NCBI RefSeq assembly: GCF_006345805.1
Contig: NC_042998.1
Location: 177,134,001 to 177,198,000 of the forward strand
Length of the DNA stretch: 64,000 nt
Reading direction: 5' to 3'
From: Octopus sinensis
Taxonomy: Eukaryota
Positions 24,613 through 37,040 of the stretch are shown here, piece by piece. Each line of letters starts with the position of its first letter. The stretch's first letter is position 1. Made by a program: the position numbers and the translations under genes. Below the pieces are notes generated by a model that had not been told where the DNA came from, ran no database searches, and was given only the letters and a program-made list of their open reading frames with translations.

Positions 24613-27324
24613 TTGACTGATTGAATTGGAGGTAGAAAAGATCACAAGAGAACTGGAAAAGAAAGACTAGGCAGTGGGGAAGATAAACAACAGCATAAGA
24701 GATCCAGCTCAAACCAAAGAAGAACTTAGAGGAAAAATAATAATAATAGCGCTATCAATAAAGAAGGGACAACTGGCATCAACGACCTCAGTGATTTAAG
24801 TAAGGAAGATAAGAAGATTTTAGATGAGTTGCAGGAAGTAATGAGTAAAGAAGAAGAAAAAGTTCACCAGCATCAAAAAGCACCATCAGAAGAAAGCTAC
24901 AAGAAATGATTAGGAAAGTAGATTTTATTATCAGTAGGATAGATATTAAAGATATAGAAGTTACAAACTTATTGATCTATGCAGAAAGGGTAGTAGTCGC
25001 CTGAAGAGTAGATATCTCACAGGGGACGATTAAAAAAAGAGCAAATGCGGAAAAGGAGACTACGAAATAAAGTGAAGGCTTTAAGACAAGATCTGAGTAG
25101 AATAAAAGCCTGGAAAACAAACAAGTTAGGAAACACAAGATGCAAATCGTGTCTCGAGGAAAGATACTTAGTCAGAGAGAAAGGGTTTGGGACAGTAATA
25201 GAAGAGTTGTAACAGCGTATCATAGCAGTAGCAGGAAAACTCTCCAGATATCAGAAAAGAATAGATCAGTATCAACAGAATAGATTATTTGAGAAATCTA
25301 ATGTAGAGGAAGCTAGAAAGTTTTGAGTAATATTTGGAATAAACCAGTCAGTCATAATGGAGATGCAGTATAGTTAAAGAAAGTGAGTGAGAAGCAGCCA
25401 GGTCGAAGATTAACTAGAGCATTAATGAGTAAAATGTTAGAAAAAATTCCGAATTGGAAGGGCTCCGTTCAGGGTAACTGATTAAAAAAAATTCAGTAAT
25501 TTACATGGTATACTGAGGGAACAACTTCAGGATTGCCTAAATGGAGGAATAATACCAGATTGGATGATTAGAGGGAGGACGATACGCATCATGAAAGATA
25601 AGAGCAAGGGCAATACAACTAGCAACTATAGACCAACCACTTGCTTACCATTAGTGTGGAAGCTGTTAACAGGAATGCTTTCAGAAAGCATTTACAAGCA
25701 CCTTGACAGCCATAATTTTCTGCTAGAAGAACAGAAAGGTTGCAGGAAGAAGGCTAGACGAATGCATGATCTATTTATTATACATGGACAAAGCAGTTCT
25801 AGATGAAGTAAAAGCTAGAAGGAAAAATCTAACAATAGCATGAATAGATTATAGGAAAGCCTATGACGTGATCCCACACTCATGGATAAGTGAATGTTTG
25901 AGTATATTCAGTATAGCAGATATCATAGGAGAATTAATTAGTTGTAGCATGAAGAAATGGAAAGTAGATCTCTACTCAGGTGACACATGTTAGGGAAAGT
26001 TAATATCGAAAGAATTTTTCTGGGGGACTCGTTGTCCCCTTTAATATTTGTCTTATGATCCCCCTCAGTTTAGTGTTAAGGAAAGCAAAGGCAGGGCATC
26101 AGTTCAGAAATAGTAAGGGAAAAATTAACCATTTGCTCTACATAGATTGTCTGGAGTATTTTAGTAACAATAAAAAAGAGATAGATTCTTTAATACAGGC
26201 ATGGAATTTGGCATAGATAAGTGCGCAATATTAGTCATGAGAAGGGGATAGGTAGTCAACAGCGAAGGCATCCAATTACCAGATGACCCGACATTAAAAT
26301 CATTGAAAGGAGGAGAGAGTTATAATTATCTAGGAGTATTAGAATCTGACAGAGTACTAACTATAGAAATGAAAACAAAAATTGAGGAGTACATCAGAAG
26401 GGTGAGGAAACTAATGAAGTCAAAGCTAAATTGTCCGAATCTAGTGAAGTCTGTAGATACTTAGGCAGTATCATTACTTAGATACTCAGCGGCTTTTGTA
26501 GATTGAACAAAAACTGAATTAGCAAATCTAGACAGAGGAACTAGGAAGGAATTCAATGTGAATGGAGGACTCCACCCAAGGGCGGGAGTAGCAAGATTAT
26601 ACTTACCTAGGAAGTTGGAAGAGGGTTAATATCAGTAGGAGACTGCATGGAGTTAGCTAGAGTAGATATAAACTCCTATGTAGTTAATAGCGAAGAAAGT
26701 TTATTAAAAGCTGATAGAGTCACAGCAAAACATAGGGAAACCAAAAAACCCAAACGAAGTTAAAAAACAGAAAAAGAACAGAAATTATCTGATTGGTAGG
26801 AGAAGGCGTTGCGTGGTAGATTTCCAAGGATAGTTTCAGCATATAGTAGTAGTAAAACACATTTATGGCTGCAGAAAGGAAAGCTGAAGAGGAAACCAAG
26901 ACAGACAAAAACCAAATAGATTCAATGTAGATTATGCAAATCAAAATAGGAAAGCGTTACTCATATAATAAGTAAGTGTAGCATGCTGGCACAGAAAGCA
27001 TACAAGAAAAGACATGACAATCTAGGGAGAGTTATCCACTGGGAGCTATGTAGCAAGTTAGGATTTGAACAAACTGATAAATGGTATGAACATGAACCTA
27101 GTAAAGTACTAGAAAGTAAGAAACACGGGATGTTGTAGGACTTTAACATTCAGACTGACAGAGTAATAGAAGCTAGAAGGCCTGATTTGGTAGTAGTAGA
27201 TAAAGAGAATAGAAAGTACCAGATAATTGTCATTACAATCCCAAATTATGAAAAAAATTAATATGAGAGGTATAGAAAAAACAACAAAGTACCAGGACCT
27301 AGTACCAGGACCTAGCTATTGAAT

Positions 27325-27637
27325 TACACAAGTCGCTACGATGTTTGGGTACCTCATGAGTTGAGTGAGAAGAACCTTTTGGATCACATTTCCATCTGTG
27401 ATTCGCTTTATAAACGGAATGAAAACGCGCCTCTCTTAAAGCAAATTGTGACAGGTGATGTGAAATGGATTATCTACCGAAATGTTCAAAGAAAGCTATC
27501 CTGGAGTAAGCAACATGGGCCACCCTTAGCCACCCCAAAAGCGGGTCTTCACCCTAAAAAAGTCTTTTTCCGTGTCTGGTGGGATTGGAAAGGAATTCTG
27601 TATTATGAGCTTCTCTCAAGTAACCAGACAATTAATT
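27325..27637 (+). mobile_element. Internal mariner transposase fragment without TIRs
   Basis: 313 bp matching the reverse complement of 31448-31760 with 7 substitutions counted by eye; WVPHEL and VTGDVKW motifs. Confidence 0.93.
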
Positions 27638-27882
27638 CGATAGTCTCTATCGACAGTGCGGGTAAAATGTATCCCAGTAGTTATAGGTGCATTGGGAACT
27701 ATCCCTAAAGATCTCAATAGATGGATAGAGGAATTAGGCATAAAATCCAATTTAGTACAGCTCCAGAAAACAGTGATATTAGGGACAGCTAGGATACTTA
27801 GGAGGGTTCTTGACAATAGGAGGCTTCTTGGCATCTAAAGCTACTTACTTTTCTTTTCCAACAATCTACTCTGTTGAGTGTA

Positions 27883-27884
<2 letters not shown>

Positions 27885-27920
<36 letters not shown>

Positions 27921-27932
27921 ATAATAATAATA

Positions 27933-27963
<31 letters not shown>

Positions 27964-27966
27964 CTG

Positions 27967-28005
<39 letters not shown>

Positions 28006-28008
28006 CTG

Positions 28009-28073
<65 letters not shown>
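27885..28073. repeat. (TAC)n/(TAA)n tract between stacked LINEs
   Basis: Directly visible. Confidence 0.95.
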
Positions 28074-28074
<1 letters not shown>

Positions 28075-30236
28075 GGCATTTACTGCGGTGATATCGCAAA
28101 GGCTGAACAAGCACCTGGACGAAAACAAACTGTTCCCAGAAGAGCAGAAAGGATGCCGCAAAGGCTCATATGGCTGTAAAGATCAACTAATGATTAATAA
28201 AGCCGTAACTGAAGACAGCCACAGAAAGAAGAAAGGCCTCAGTGTGGCCTGGATTGACTACAAAAAGGCGTTTGATAGCATCCCCCACACATGGATCCTC
28301 GAAACACTAGCCATTAACAAAGTAGCACCAACAATCATAAAATTCATAGAGCACTCTATGAATAAATGGCAAACAGTCCTACACCTCCAAACAAAAGAGG
28401 GACTCATGAAAACCAAAGACATCCCCATTAGAAGAGGAATATTCCAGGGAGACACGCTCTCTCCACTCCTTTTCTGCTTGGCACTGTCACCTCTATCTGA
28501 TATGCTAAATAGAACTGGATGCGGATATAAATGTTACGGCAAAACGATCAGCCACCTTTTATATATGGATGACCTAAAACTATACGCTGCAAATGACAAA
28601 CAGCTGGAAACACTATTAAAGACAGTTCATGGATTTACCAAAGAAATAGATACGAAATTTGGATTAGAAAAATGCGCCAAAGTAACCATGAAAAGAGGAA
28701 AACTAGTTAAGAGTAATAACATCACACTAGATAAAACCAATGAAATAAAAGAATTAGACCAAAGCCAAACTTACAAATACTTAGGAATCCATGAACTAGA
28801 TAAGACACAACACACACAAATGAAAGAGAAAATAAAAAAAGAATATTATAGACGAGTTAGATCAATACAAAACAGAGCTCAATGCTAAAAACAAGATAAT
28901 AGGTATCAACACTTTAGCTGTCCCAGTTATAAGTTACAGCTACAATATCCTTAACTGGACACGAAATGAACTGTCCAAAATAGATAGGAAAACAAGAAAA
29001 ATACTGACAGGATCTAGGATGCATCACCCAAAATCTGACATAGAAAGACTATATATACAACGTATAGAAGATGGTAGAGGCCTTATACAGCTGGAAAACT
29101 ACTATAAAATAACCACCATAGGACTGCAAAAATACCTACTTCAGAAGGAAGAAAACTGATCCAGATAGCAGCAAAACACGAGCAAAACAAAAACTCTTCT
29201 CAGTATTTAAGGAAGCTGACAAATACAAACAAGAATCATACCACCTAATAAACACGAAGAAGAAGAAGAAGATGATGAAGAAACAACAAAAGCTATAAAA
29301 CAAATGAAATCCAAACTAAAAATAGAACAGCAACGAACCATGATAAAACGATGGCAAGCAAAGCCCCTTCATGGTAAATACTGCACTAAACTAAACGCAA
29401 AAGAAATAGACAAAGAAAAATCCCAGCAATGGTTGAGAAGCTCAGGACTCAAAGCAGAAACAGAGGATTTTTAATTGCAGCACAAGACCAAAGCCTCCCC
29501 ACCAGAAATTACCCAAAAACATGTAATGAAAAGAAATATTACAAGTAACTGCAGAATATGTGGAGATGGACAAGAAACAATAAATCATATTATCTCTAGC
29601 TGCCCAGTCCTGGCTAAGAAAGAATATATTCACAGACATGACAGAGTTGGAACCTACATACATTGGAAGCTATGCCAACATTATGGAATAACACAGAAAA
29701 AAAGATGGTATAGGCACACACCAGAAAAGGTCACAGAAAACGAGAAAGCAACCATACTCGGGATATGCCGATACACACAGATAGAGAAATTAAGGCCAAC
29801 AGACCAGATATAGTTGTTAGAGATCATGAAGAAAAAAAATGCTTTCTAATTGATGTATCAATACCGGCAGATGACAACGTGTCTCTAAAAGAAATGGAGA
29901 AACTCTCAAAATACAAAGACCTGGAAATAGAGGTAACTAGAATGTGGAATCTGAAAACAGAAACAATTCCTATCATAGTAGGTGCTTTAGGCATGATAAA
30001 AAAATATTCAGACAAATACATAACAAAAACACAGGACTTACAAACACATATAACATACAGAAAATTGCACTACTAGGCACTGCACACATCCTACGCAGAA
30101 CACTTTCCATACAATAACCATCAGAGCATCACAACAAATCACAGCACATACCCAAGGCACACAGAGCTGCGCTCGGTAGTGAAGTGAAAGCACGCTATAA
30201 AAATAAAACTACTGAATAATAATAATAATAATAATA
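28074..30236 (+). mobile_element. Younger 5'-truncated R4/Dong-clade LINE (RT, CCHC, RLE) with frameshifts
   Basis: EEQKGCR, WIDYKKAFDSIPH, GIFQGDTLSPLLF, HLLYMDDLKL, FGLEKC, YKYLG; CRICGDGQETINHIISSC; RPDIVVRD...LIDVSIP...KYKDL; ends IQKIALLGTAHILRRTLSIQ*; (AAT)n tail. Confidence 0.95.
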
Positions 30237-30335
30237 TGATCCCTGGCTTACCATCCCTGCAAGAAGTGCAAAAGATTGTCTTAACCGGTACATCACACGT
30301 ATTGAGAAGAGCATTGTCGATGTGAGAACTGTTGC
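30237..30335 (+). mobile_element. Short 3'-end fragment of another R4/Dong-clade LINE
   Basis: Translates PGLPSLQEVQKIVLTGTSHVLRRALSM*, homologous to the RLE C-terminus of the neighbouring LINEs. Confidence 0.7.
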
Positions 30336-30497
30336 TGTTCATGTATTTTAATTTAACTTAAACAAACAAAAAAAAAAATGAACGAACTATTGAGTTTGGT
30401 TTAATGGCCTACCAATGTATACTATGAGTTTATTTGCCCTAGGAGTCGGGAAGACACTCGGCAAGAAATGAAAGCAAATCTGAAAGAAGAAAAAAGT

Positions 30498-30503
30498 AAT
30501 AAC

Positions 30504-30584
<81 letters not shown>

Positions 30585-30592
30585 AATAAACA
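30498..30592. repeat. (AAT)n microsatellite
   Basis: Directly visible. Confidence 0.95.
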
Positions 30593-30982
30593 AAGGAAAA
30601 AACAGAGGCTACAATACCAGATAACGATTAAGAAAATGAACAGGAATTGGGCAACAGCTAAATTCTCAACTAAAACTGAGACTGCAGAGTGCCACGCATG
30701 GTGCTTACAATAAAGTAAATAAAAGTAAAATAACAAAGCCAATGCAAAATTTCTGAACAGTAATCAAGACACAGGAAACAGCGTGAGCAGCGCAGTTAAA
30801 AGCACACAATGGAAATAATCATAGGTTGCATTATGCTTTGACAAATAAATGCAAACTTTTTTGTACTTTAACAAATATATATAGGCTGCAGTGTACTTTA
30901 GCATATATGTATACATGAGTATAGGTTGCAATGTACTTTAACTAACATACATACAGTAGTAGTATATTTTAACATATTTATA

Positions 30983-32251
30983 TTGGCTTGTCCGGGAAGT
31001 TCGTGCCGATTTTTAAAGGAAAGAAAAAGGTCAATAAATACTTGCCATTACATTTTTAATCAACCAAATATGAACCATTTTGTTGCATAACGCGTCTCCA
31101 TCTTTCCTTTAACTTGAACATATCCTCTTCCCGGAATTGAGGTGGTTTCATGGCAAAGAATTCATCAAGGTATCTTTTTACGTCATCCAAGGAATTGAAA
31201 TTTTTATCATTAAGACTATTCTGCAGAGACCTGGATAAGTGGAAACCCGAAGGAGCAATATCTGGTGAATATGGAGGGTGGGGTAACACATCTCAGCCGA
31301 GCTGCTGCAATTTTTGTCTGGTTCCCAAAGAAACGTGCGGTCTTGCATTATCATGCTGGAAAAGAACACCCTTCCTGTTGGCCAAATCTGGACGTTTCTC
31401 TTGAATTGCTGCTTTTAACTCGTCCAGCTGTGTGCAGTATTTCTCAAAATTAATTGTCTGGTTATTTGGGAGAAGCTCATAATACAGAATTCCTTTCCAA
31501 TCCCACCAGACACGGAGAAAGACTTTTTTAGGGTGAAGACCCGCTTTTGGGGTGGCTAAGGGTGGATCATGTTGCTTACTCCAGGATAGCTTTCTTTGAA
31601 CATTTCGGTAGATAATCCATTTCACATCACCTGTCACAATTTGCTTTAAGAGAGGCGCGTTTTCATTCCGTTTATAAAGCGAATCACAGATGGAAATGTG
31701 ATCCAAAAGGTTCTTCTCACTTAACTCATGAGGTACCCAAATATCGTAGCGACTTGTGTACCCAAGCTTTACCAGGTGCTCATGAACGACGGATTTTGAT
31801 AGGCTGACGCTTTGTGCCAATTCTCGGGTAATGCAATGTGGGTTATTCTCAATTAATGACTTGATTTGTTCATCATCTGTAGTGGATGGTCTGCCTGATC
31901 GCTCTTTGTCAATAAGGCTACAATCTCCAGCTCGGAACCTTGCGAACCACTTCTGCACAGTTCTTTCGGATAAAGAAATCTCACCGTAAACTGCGCATAT
32001 TTCTTTGGTTGCTTGTGAGGCATTTTTCCCTTTACGGAAGTGCCGAAAATGAACTTTCTTATCTTCCATTTCAAAGGATTACAGAATTAACACAAGTTAT
32101 AGGGACATAAACCTTCTTCCACGAAAAGATAGCTTAAACTGTGCTCTAAATGGAGCTGTTGTCAAATCCTATTTTATGGACTCAACCATATTCTAAAATA
32201 AGTCGAAAGGTAAGCTACAATAAATCGGCACAAACTTTCCGGCCAACCCAA
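30983..32251 (-). mobile_element. Full-length (1269 bp) mariner transposon, inactive
   Basis: ~30-bp TIRs (ttggcttgtccgggaagttcgtgccgattt / aaatcggcacaaactttccggccaacccaa) with TA on both flanks. Transposase 32069-31056 has WVPHEL, TGDVKW, HDNARPH, YSPDIAPSG; premature TGA near 31293 and third catalytic Asp changed to Gly. Confidence 0.96.
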
Positions 32252-32315
32252 TATATATATATATATATGTGAGTGTGAGTATACATGTATGTATGTATGT
32301 ATGTGTATATGTATA

Positions 32316-32389
<74 letters not shown>

Positions 32390-32485
32390 AATAAATATAT
32401 ATATATATATTATATATTGGTAAAAACGGTAAGATAACAAAAGAAAGAAAGAGACCACATATTATATATAATATATATATATATT

Positions 32486-32527
<42 letters not shown>

Positions 32528-32537
32528 ACACATTCTG

Positions 32538-32699
32538 TTGTGTCTGGGGAGAGTCATTCTCTTTTAGTGCCTTATTATTTAACACACTCACCGGTAAAAT
32601 TTCCACTTATTTCTTATTTTTATTTTCTAAGTGGAAATTTTACCGGTGAGTGTGTAAAATAATAAGGCACTAAAAGAGAATGACTCTCCCCAGACACAA
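32538..32699. repeat. Near-perfect inverted repeat: 72-bp arms, 18-nt spacer
   Basis: 32538-32609 versus 32628-32699, one mismatch (taacac/aaacac). Confidence 0.95.
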
Positions 32700-32778
32700 A
32701 ACAATAAGCTGCAACACACGAACTCATATAAAGAATCTTGCAAACCAAATCCAAAAACGAAATATATATATATATATA

Positions 32779-32826
<48 letters not shown>

Positions 32827-33078
32827 TGCAGTGTACTTTAAGAAATGAGTATAATAGACAGCAGGGTACTTTAACAAGCAAATATCGGCTGCAGTTTATT
32901 TTTAACAAATATTTTAAAGTTTATGTGTACTTTAACAAATACATATAGACTGCAGCGTATTGAAATGCATATTATAGAAATGTATCAGGATTAACAGACG
33001 GTAAACAAAATAATCGAAATAATTAAAACATCCGCTAGCTGATTGATTAGGTGTAATATTAACCCCCGCCAAGATTAC

Positions 33079-33173
33079 TTTTGACTTGTCTGGGAGCAAT
33101 TTAATTTCCACCTCCCCGATTTTGATTGCCATTTCCTCAGGTACCAGTGTTATACTAGTGGTAAAGTAATATG
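33079..33173 (-). CDS. Candidate exon of an unidentified host gene (AYYFTTSITLVPEEMAIKIGEVEIKLLPDKSK)
   Basis: Acceptor ttttttttgttttttttcatgatag; phase 1 start completes GCA with the G left by exon 39231-39111. Donor uncertain (AAA|GTAATC used); the frame stays open further. Confidence 0.4.
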
Positions 33174-33749
33174 CTATCATGAAAAAAAACAAAAAAAACT
33201 GTTAATTTCAAGTGCAGTTTTGTTGTATATTGAATTGAATTGATTTTTTCTTTTTTTGGTTTTGGTCACATGAACTTTATTTCTATACTTTATTATAATA
33301 CGTGAAATTCCTGCAACTATTTTGTCTATCCTTCGTCGTTTTTGAAGCAGCTCTTGTCCGTACTGCTGTTTTCGCTGCCATTGTGCTGCTGCTGCTGTTG
33401 TTTATAGTTGATTTTGGGATTTTAAACGATTTCGTTTCGTCGTCACCGTCGTCATTCTCGCTATTGTGTTTATTTGTCTTTCGTTAAGTAGTTTTGTCAT
33501 CGAAGGTATGTTGTTGTTGTTGTTGTCGTTGTTATTAATAACTTCGATGTTAAGATTTTCGTTGTCATAGCTGCTGTTAAAATATTATTGTTGTTGTTGT
33601 TGTTGACATTGCTTCTACATTATCGTTATTTTATTTAGTCTCATCCCCCTCCTCACAAACACCAACACCAACACCACTCAGGCTAGCTCTGATCAAGCAG
33701 ACTCACTGAAAAACATTCCAGCTTGGACCATCCATCCAGTCTTTTTGCA

Positions 33750-33824
33750 TATATAATAATATATATGTACATATATATATGCATGTATGTATATATGTAT
33801 ATATATATATATATATATTATATA

Positions 33825-33872
<48 letters not shown>

Positions 33873-33935
33873 TGTATGTATATATCTATATATGTATATA
33901 TATATATATATGTGTGTTGTATGTATGTATGTATG

Positions 33936-33968
<33 letters not shown>

Positions 33969-34020
33969 ATATAATGTATAATATATATATATATATTATA
34001 TATATATATATATATGTATG

Positions 34021-34051
<31 letters not shown>

Positions 34052-34717
34052 TATGTATGTATATGTATATATATATATGTATGTATATATATAGATGTAT
34101 GTATATATATAATATATAATGATATATATGTATGTAATTATATATATATGTATGTATATATATGTTAATAAAATAGAACATAATTCATAATATAACATAA
34201 TGTACGTACCTACCTCTACATGTACATATACACGCATATATTGTGTACAGGACACCCAAAAAGACGTCGAACACATAGAGAGACGAAACACATAGACACA
34301 AACCAAGGAACAAGACAAGCAAAAAAAAGAGAGATACAGGACAATAAGCACAACGAAAAATCCCCTTCTTCAGTCGCTAAGGTTTCATCATCTACTAATA
34401 TCTATGTATATATATATATATATATGTATGTAATATATATATATTATATATATGTATATATATATATATGGTATGTATATATATATATATAGGTATATAT
34501 ATATATGTGTATATATATATATGTATGTATATATATATATATATATGTATGTATATATATATATGTATGTATATATATAGATATATATATATTTCTGTAT
34601 GTATATATGTATGTATATATTATATGTATGTATATATATAATATATGTATGTAATATATATATTATATGTATGTATGTATATATATATATAATATATATA
34701 TAATATATATCTGTATG

Positions 34718-34766
<49 letters not shown>

Positions 34767-34778
34767 CTATGTATATTA

Positions 34779-34831
<53 letters not shown>

Positions 34832-35010
34832 TGTATGTATATATTATATATATGTATATATATATATATATATGTATGTTATATATATATATATTATATA
34901 TATATATATGTATGTATATTATATATGTATATATCATATATGTATGTATATATATATATTATGTATGTATATATATGTATGTAATATATTATATATGTAT
35001 GTATCTATAT

Positions 35011-35048
<38 letters not shown>

Positions 35049-35101
35049 TATATATTATGTAGTAATTATATATATATATATATATAATATATATATATAT
35101 C

Positions 35102-35135
<34 letters not shown>
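33750..35135. repeat. Large (AT)n/(ATGT)n low-complexity block
   Basis: Directly visible, with a short unique interruption at ~34170-34400. Confidence 0.95.
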
Positions 35136-35812
35136 GACTGCATTGTCGAATGTGTCCTTGCTGTTTGATGACGGCAAGGTGGATTTGAGGAATCTGGTTG
35201 CTATTTCTCTCAAGCTGATTGACTGTTTAGACTGTCCTTCTTTTTGGTTGGTAATGATGCTATCAATGTTGTTGTTGTCGCTGGGGCTGCTACTGTTGTT
35301 GCTATAACAACCACCTTCATGATGCTATAAAGATGGCTGCCATTACTTTGATGCTTGTTTCCATCTATCTTTATAAGGAAACCCAGGGAATTCTGTCGTT
35401 TCTTCGAAATATAATTATGTAAAAACTCCGTTTAACAATGACAACTGTATGTCTCTTCTTTTGCCTTGCCCCCCCACCCACCTCCTCACTTCCCCCATCG
35501 TCCCCCCCCCATGCAGTAAAAATCTTGACATAACACGACGTAGAGGATGGTCGGAGTCGAACACGGCTACACGTGAGTTGTGGATGTGCTGACGTGGTTT
35601 AATCATGATGTGTTTGACATTTGACAAAAGAATAAACTTCACTTCGCTTCGCATCTCCTCGTGACTTTTCCTGTCACTACTACCATCATTGTAACAAAAC
35701 TCGTGACATTCCTGCAACACCACCACTACCAACAACAACAGCAACAGCAACAACAACACCAGTGCCAATACCCCCATCATTACTATCACCACTGCGCACC
35801 TACATTACTACC

Positions 35813-36227
35813 TATTTCTTTACTACCCACAAGGGGCTAAACATAGAGGGGACAAACAAGGACAGACATAGGTATTAAGTCGATTACATCGACCCCAGTG
35901 CGTAACTGGTACTTTAATTTATCGACCCCGAAAGGATGAAAGGCAAAGTCGACCTCGGCGGAATTTGAACTCAGAACGTAACGGCAGACGAAATACCTAT
36001 TTCTTTATTACCCACAAGGGGCTAAACACAGAGGGGACAAACAAGGACATACATAGGTATTAAGTCGATTACATCGACCCCAGTGCGTAACTGGTACTTT
36101 AATTTATCGACCCCGAAAGAATGAAAGGCAAAGTCGACCTCTGCGGAATTTGAACTCAGAACGTAACGGCAGACGAAATACCGCAAAGCATTTCGCCCGG
36201 CGTGCTAACGTTTCTGCCAGCTCGCCG
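35813..36227 (-). mobile_element. SINE family B, full monomer plus headless tandem copy, inside one 14-bp TSD
   Basis: Full copy ~35997-36227 and repeat of its 3' ~185 bp at 35813-35996; TSD cctacattactacc at 35799-35812 and 36228-36241. Confidence 0.9.
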
Positions 36228-36671
36228 CCTACATTACTACCACTTCACCATTCACTACATCATCTACAACTAATATCATCACCACCACTCCACAACCACA
36301 GTATTATTTCTACTACCACCACTACCTCAACTACCACCACTCTGCCCCACCACAACTATCACGACTGTTACTACTGCTATCACCACCTCAACCATAATTA
36401 CCACCAGCTGCCACCACCCCAAAATTATGATTACCACCACTTCACGAGTACTGGTGTATCACTCTACAACCGCCACTGCTTCCACTCCACAACCACTACA
36501 AATACTACTTTGCAACCACTACAGTCAGTTAGAATTTTTAATGCCACAACCAACAATAAAAACCCCGACAGTTACCAACCAATATCTCCAATTCTAAAAA
36601 AGGGCCTGTTTTCAATTAAAACAAAAAGGCCCTATTTTCATAAACCCCAAACTACTATCACAATTACGCGC

Positions 36672-37040
36672 AAACGTGGCTCTGTGGCCAGAAGCTTACT
36701 TTCGAACCACATGGTTCCGGGTTCAATCCCACTGCGTGACACATTGGACAAGTATCTTTGGTAAAAAGAAACTGAAAGACGCCTGTCGAATATATGTGTA
36801 TATATATTTATGTGTGTTACTTTGTGTCAGTTTCTGTCCCCAACACCATTGCTTGACAGCCGATGCTGGTTCATTTATGTCCCCGTAACTTAGCAGTTCG
36901 GTGAAAGAGATCGATAGAATAAATACTAGGCTTACAAAGATTAAGTCCTGCGGTCGATTTCTTCGAGTAAAACCCTTGAAGGCGGTGCCCCAGCATGGCC
37001 ACAATCAAATCACTGAAATAAGTAAAAAAGTAAAAGAATA
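36672..37040 (+). mobile_element. SINE family A, diverged, internal deletion
   Basis: Head gaaccacatggttccgggttcaatcccactgcgtg and 3' body to agtaaaaaagtaaaag; the middle of the 5' half is missing. Confidence 0.88.

Larger units (their letters stand above)
21690..27885 (+). mobile_element. Near full-length decayed R4/Dong-clade LINE, interrupted by a CR1-like LINE and a mariner fragment
   Basis: N-terminal RRRTLTSEENRIVMQCYLES..GMFKVTEQRLVDQ (21830-22020) resumes as ELEVEKITRELE at ~24620. RT motifs NYRPTTCLPLVWKLLTG, EEQKGCR, IDYRKAYD, GDSLSPL, EFGIDKC; RLE RRPDLVVVDK, KYQDLAIE; terminus LQKTVILGTARILRRVL; (TAC)(TAA) tail. Many stops and frameshifts. Confidence 0.88.
30820..32965. repeat. 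Degenerate ~30-bp minisatellite (TAGRCTGCAGTGTACTTTAACA-like) split into 30820-30980 and 32826-32965 by later insertions
   Basis: Units such as ataggctgcagtgtacttta, ataggttgcaatgtacttta, actgcagtgtactttaa, gacagcagggtactttaacaa, tagactgcagcgta. Confidence 0.6.

Noticed and set aside
27325-27637. A-to-G differences between the mariner fragment and the full copy read as ADAR-edited cDNA
   Set aside because: Only 4 of 7 differences, all ordinary transitions of unknown polarity; at least one G (YDVWVPH) looks ancestral.
30820-30980. CRISPR-like repeat-spacer pattern
   Set aside because: Units are degenerate, spacers are short low-complexity AT sequence, there are no cas genes and the context is eukaryotic.
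31056-32069. Active mariner transposase
   Set aside because: Premature TGA, third catalytic Asp changed to Gly and an apparent short N-terminal deletion.
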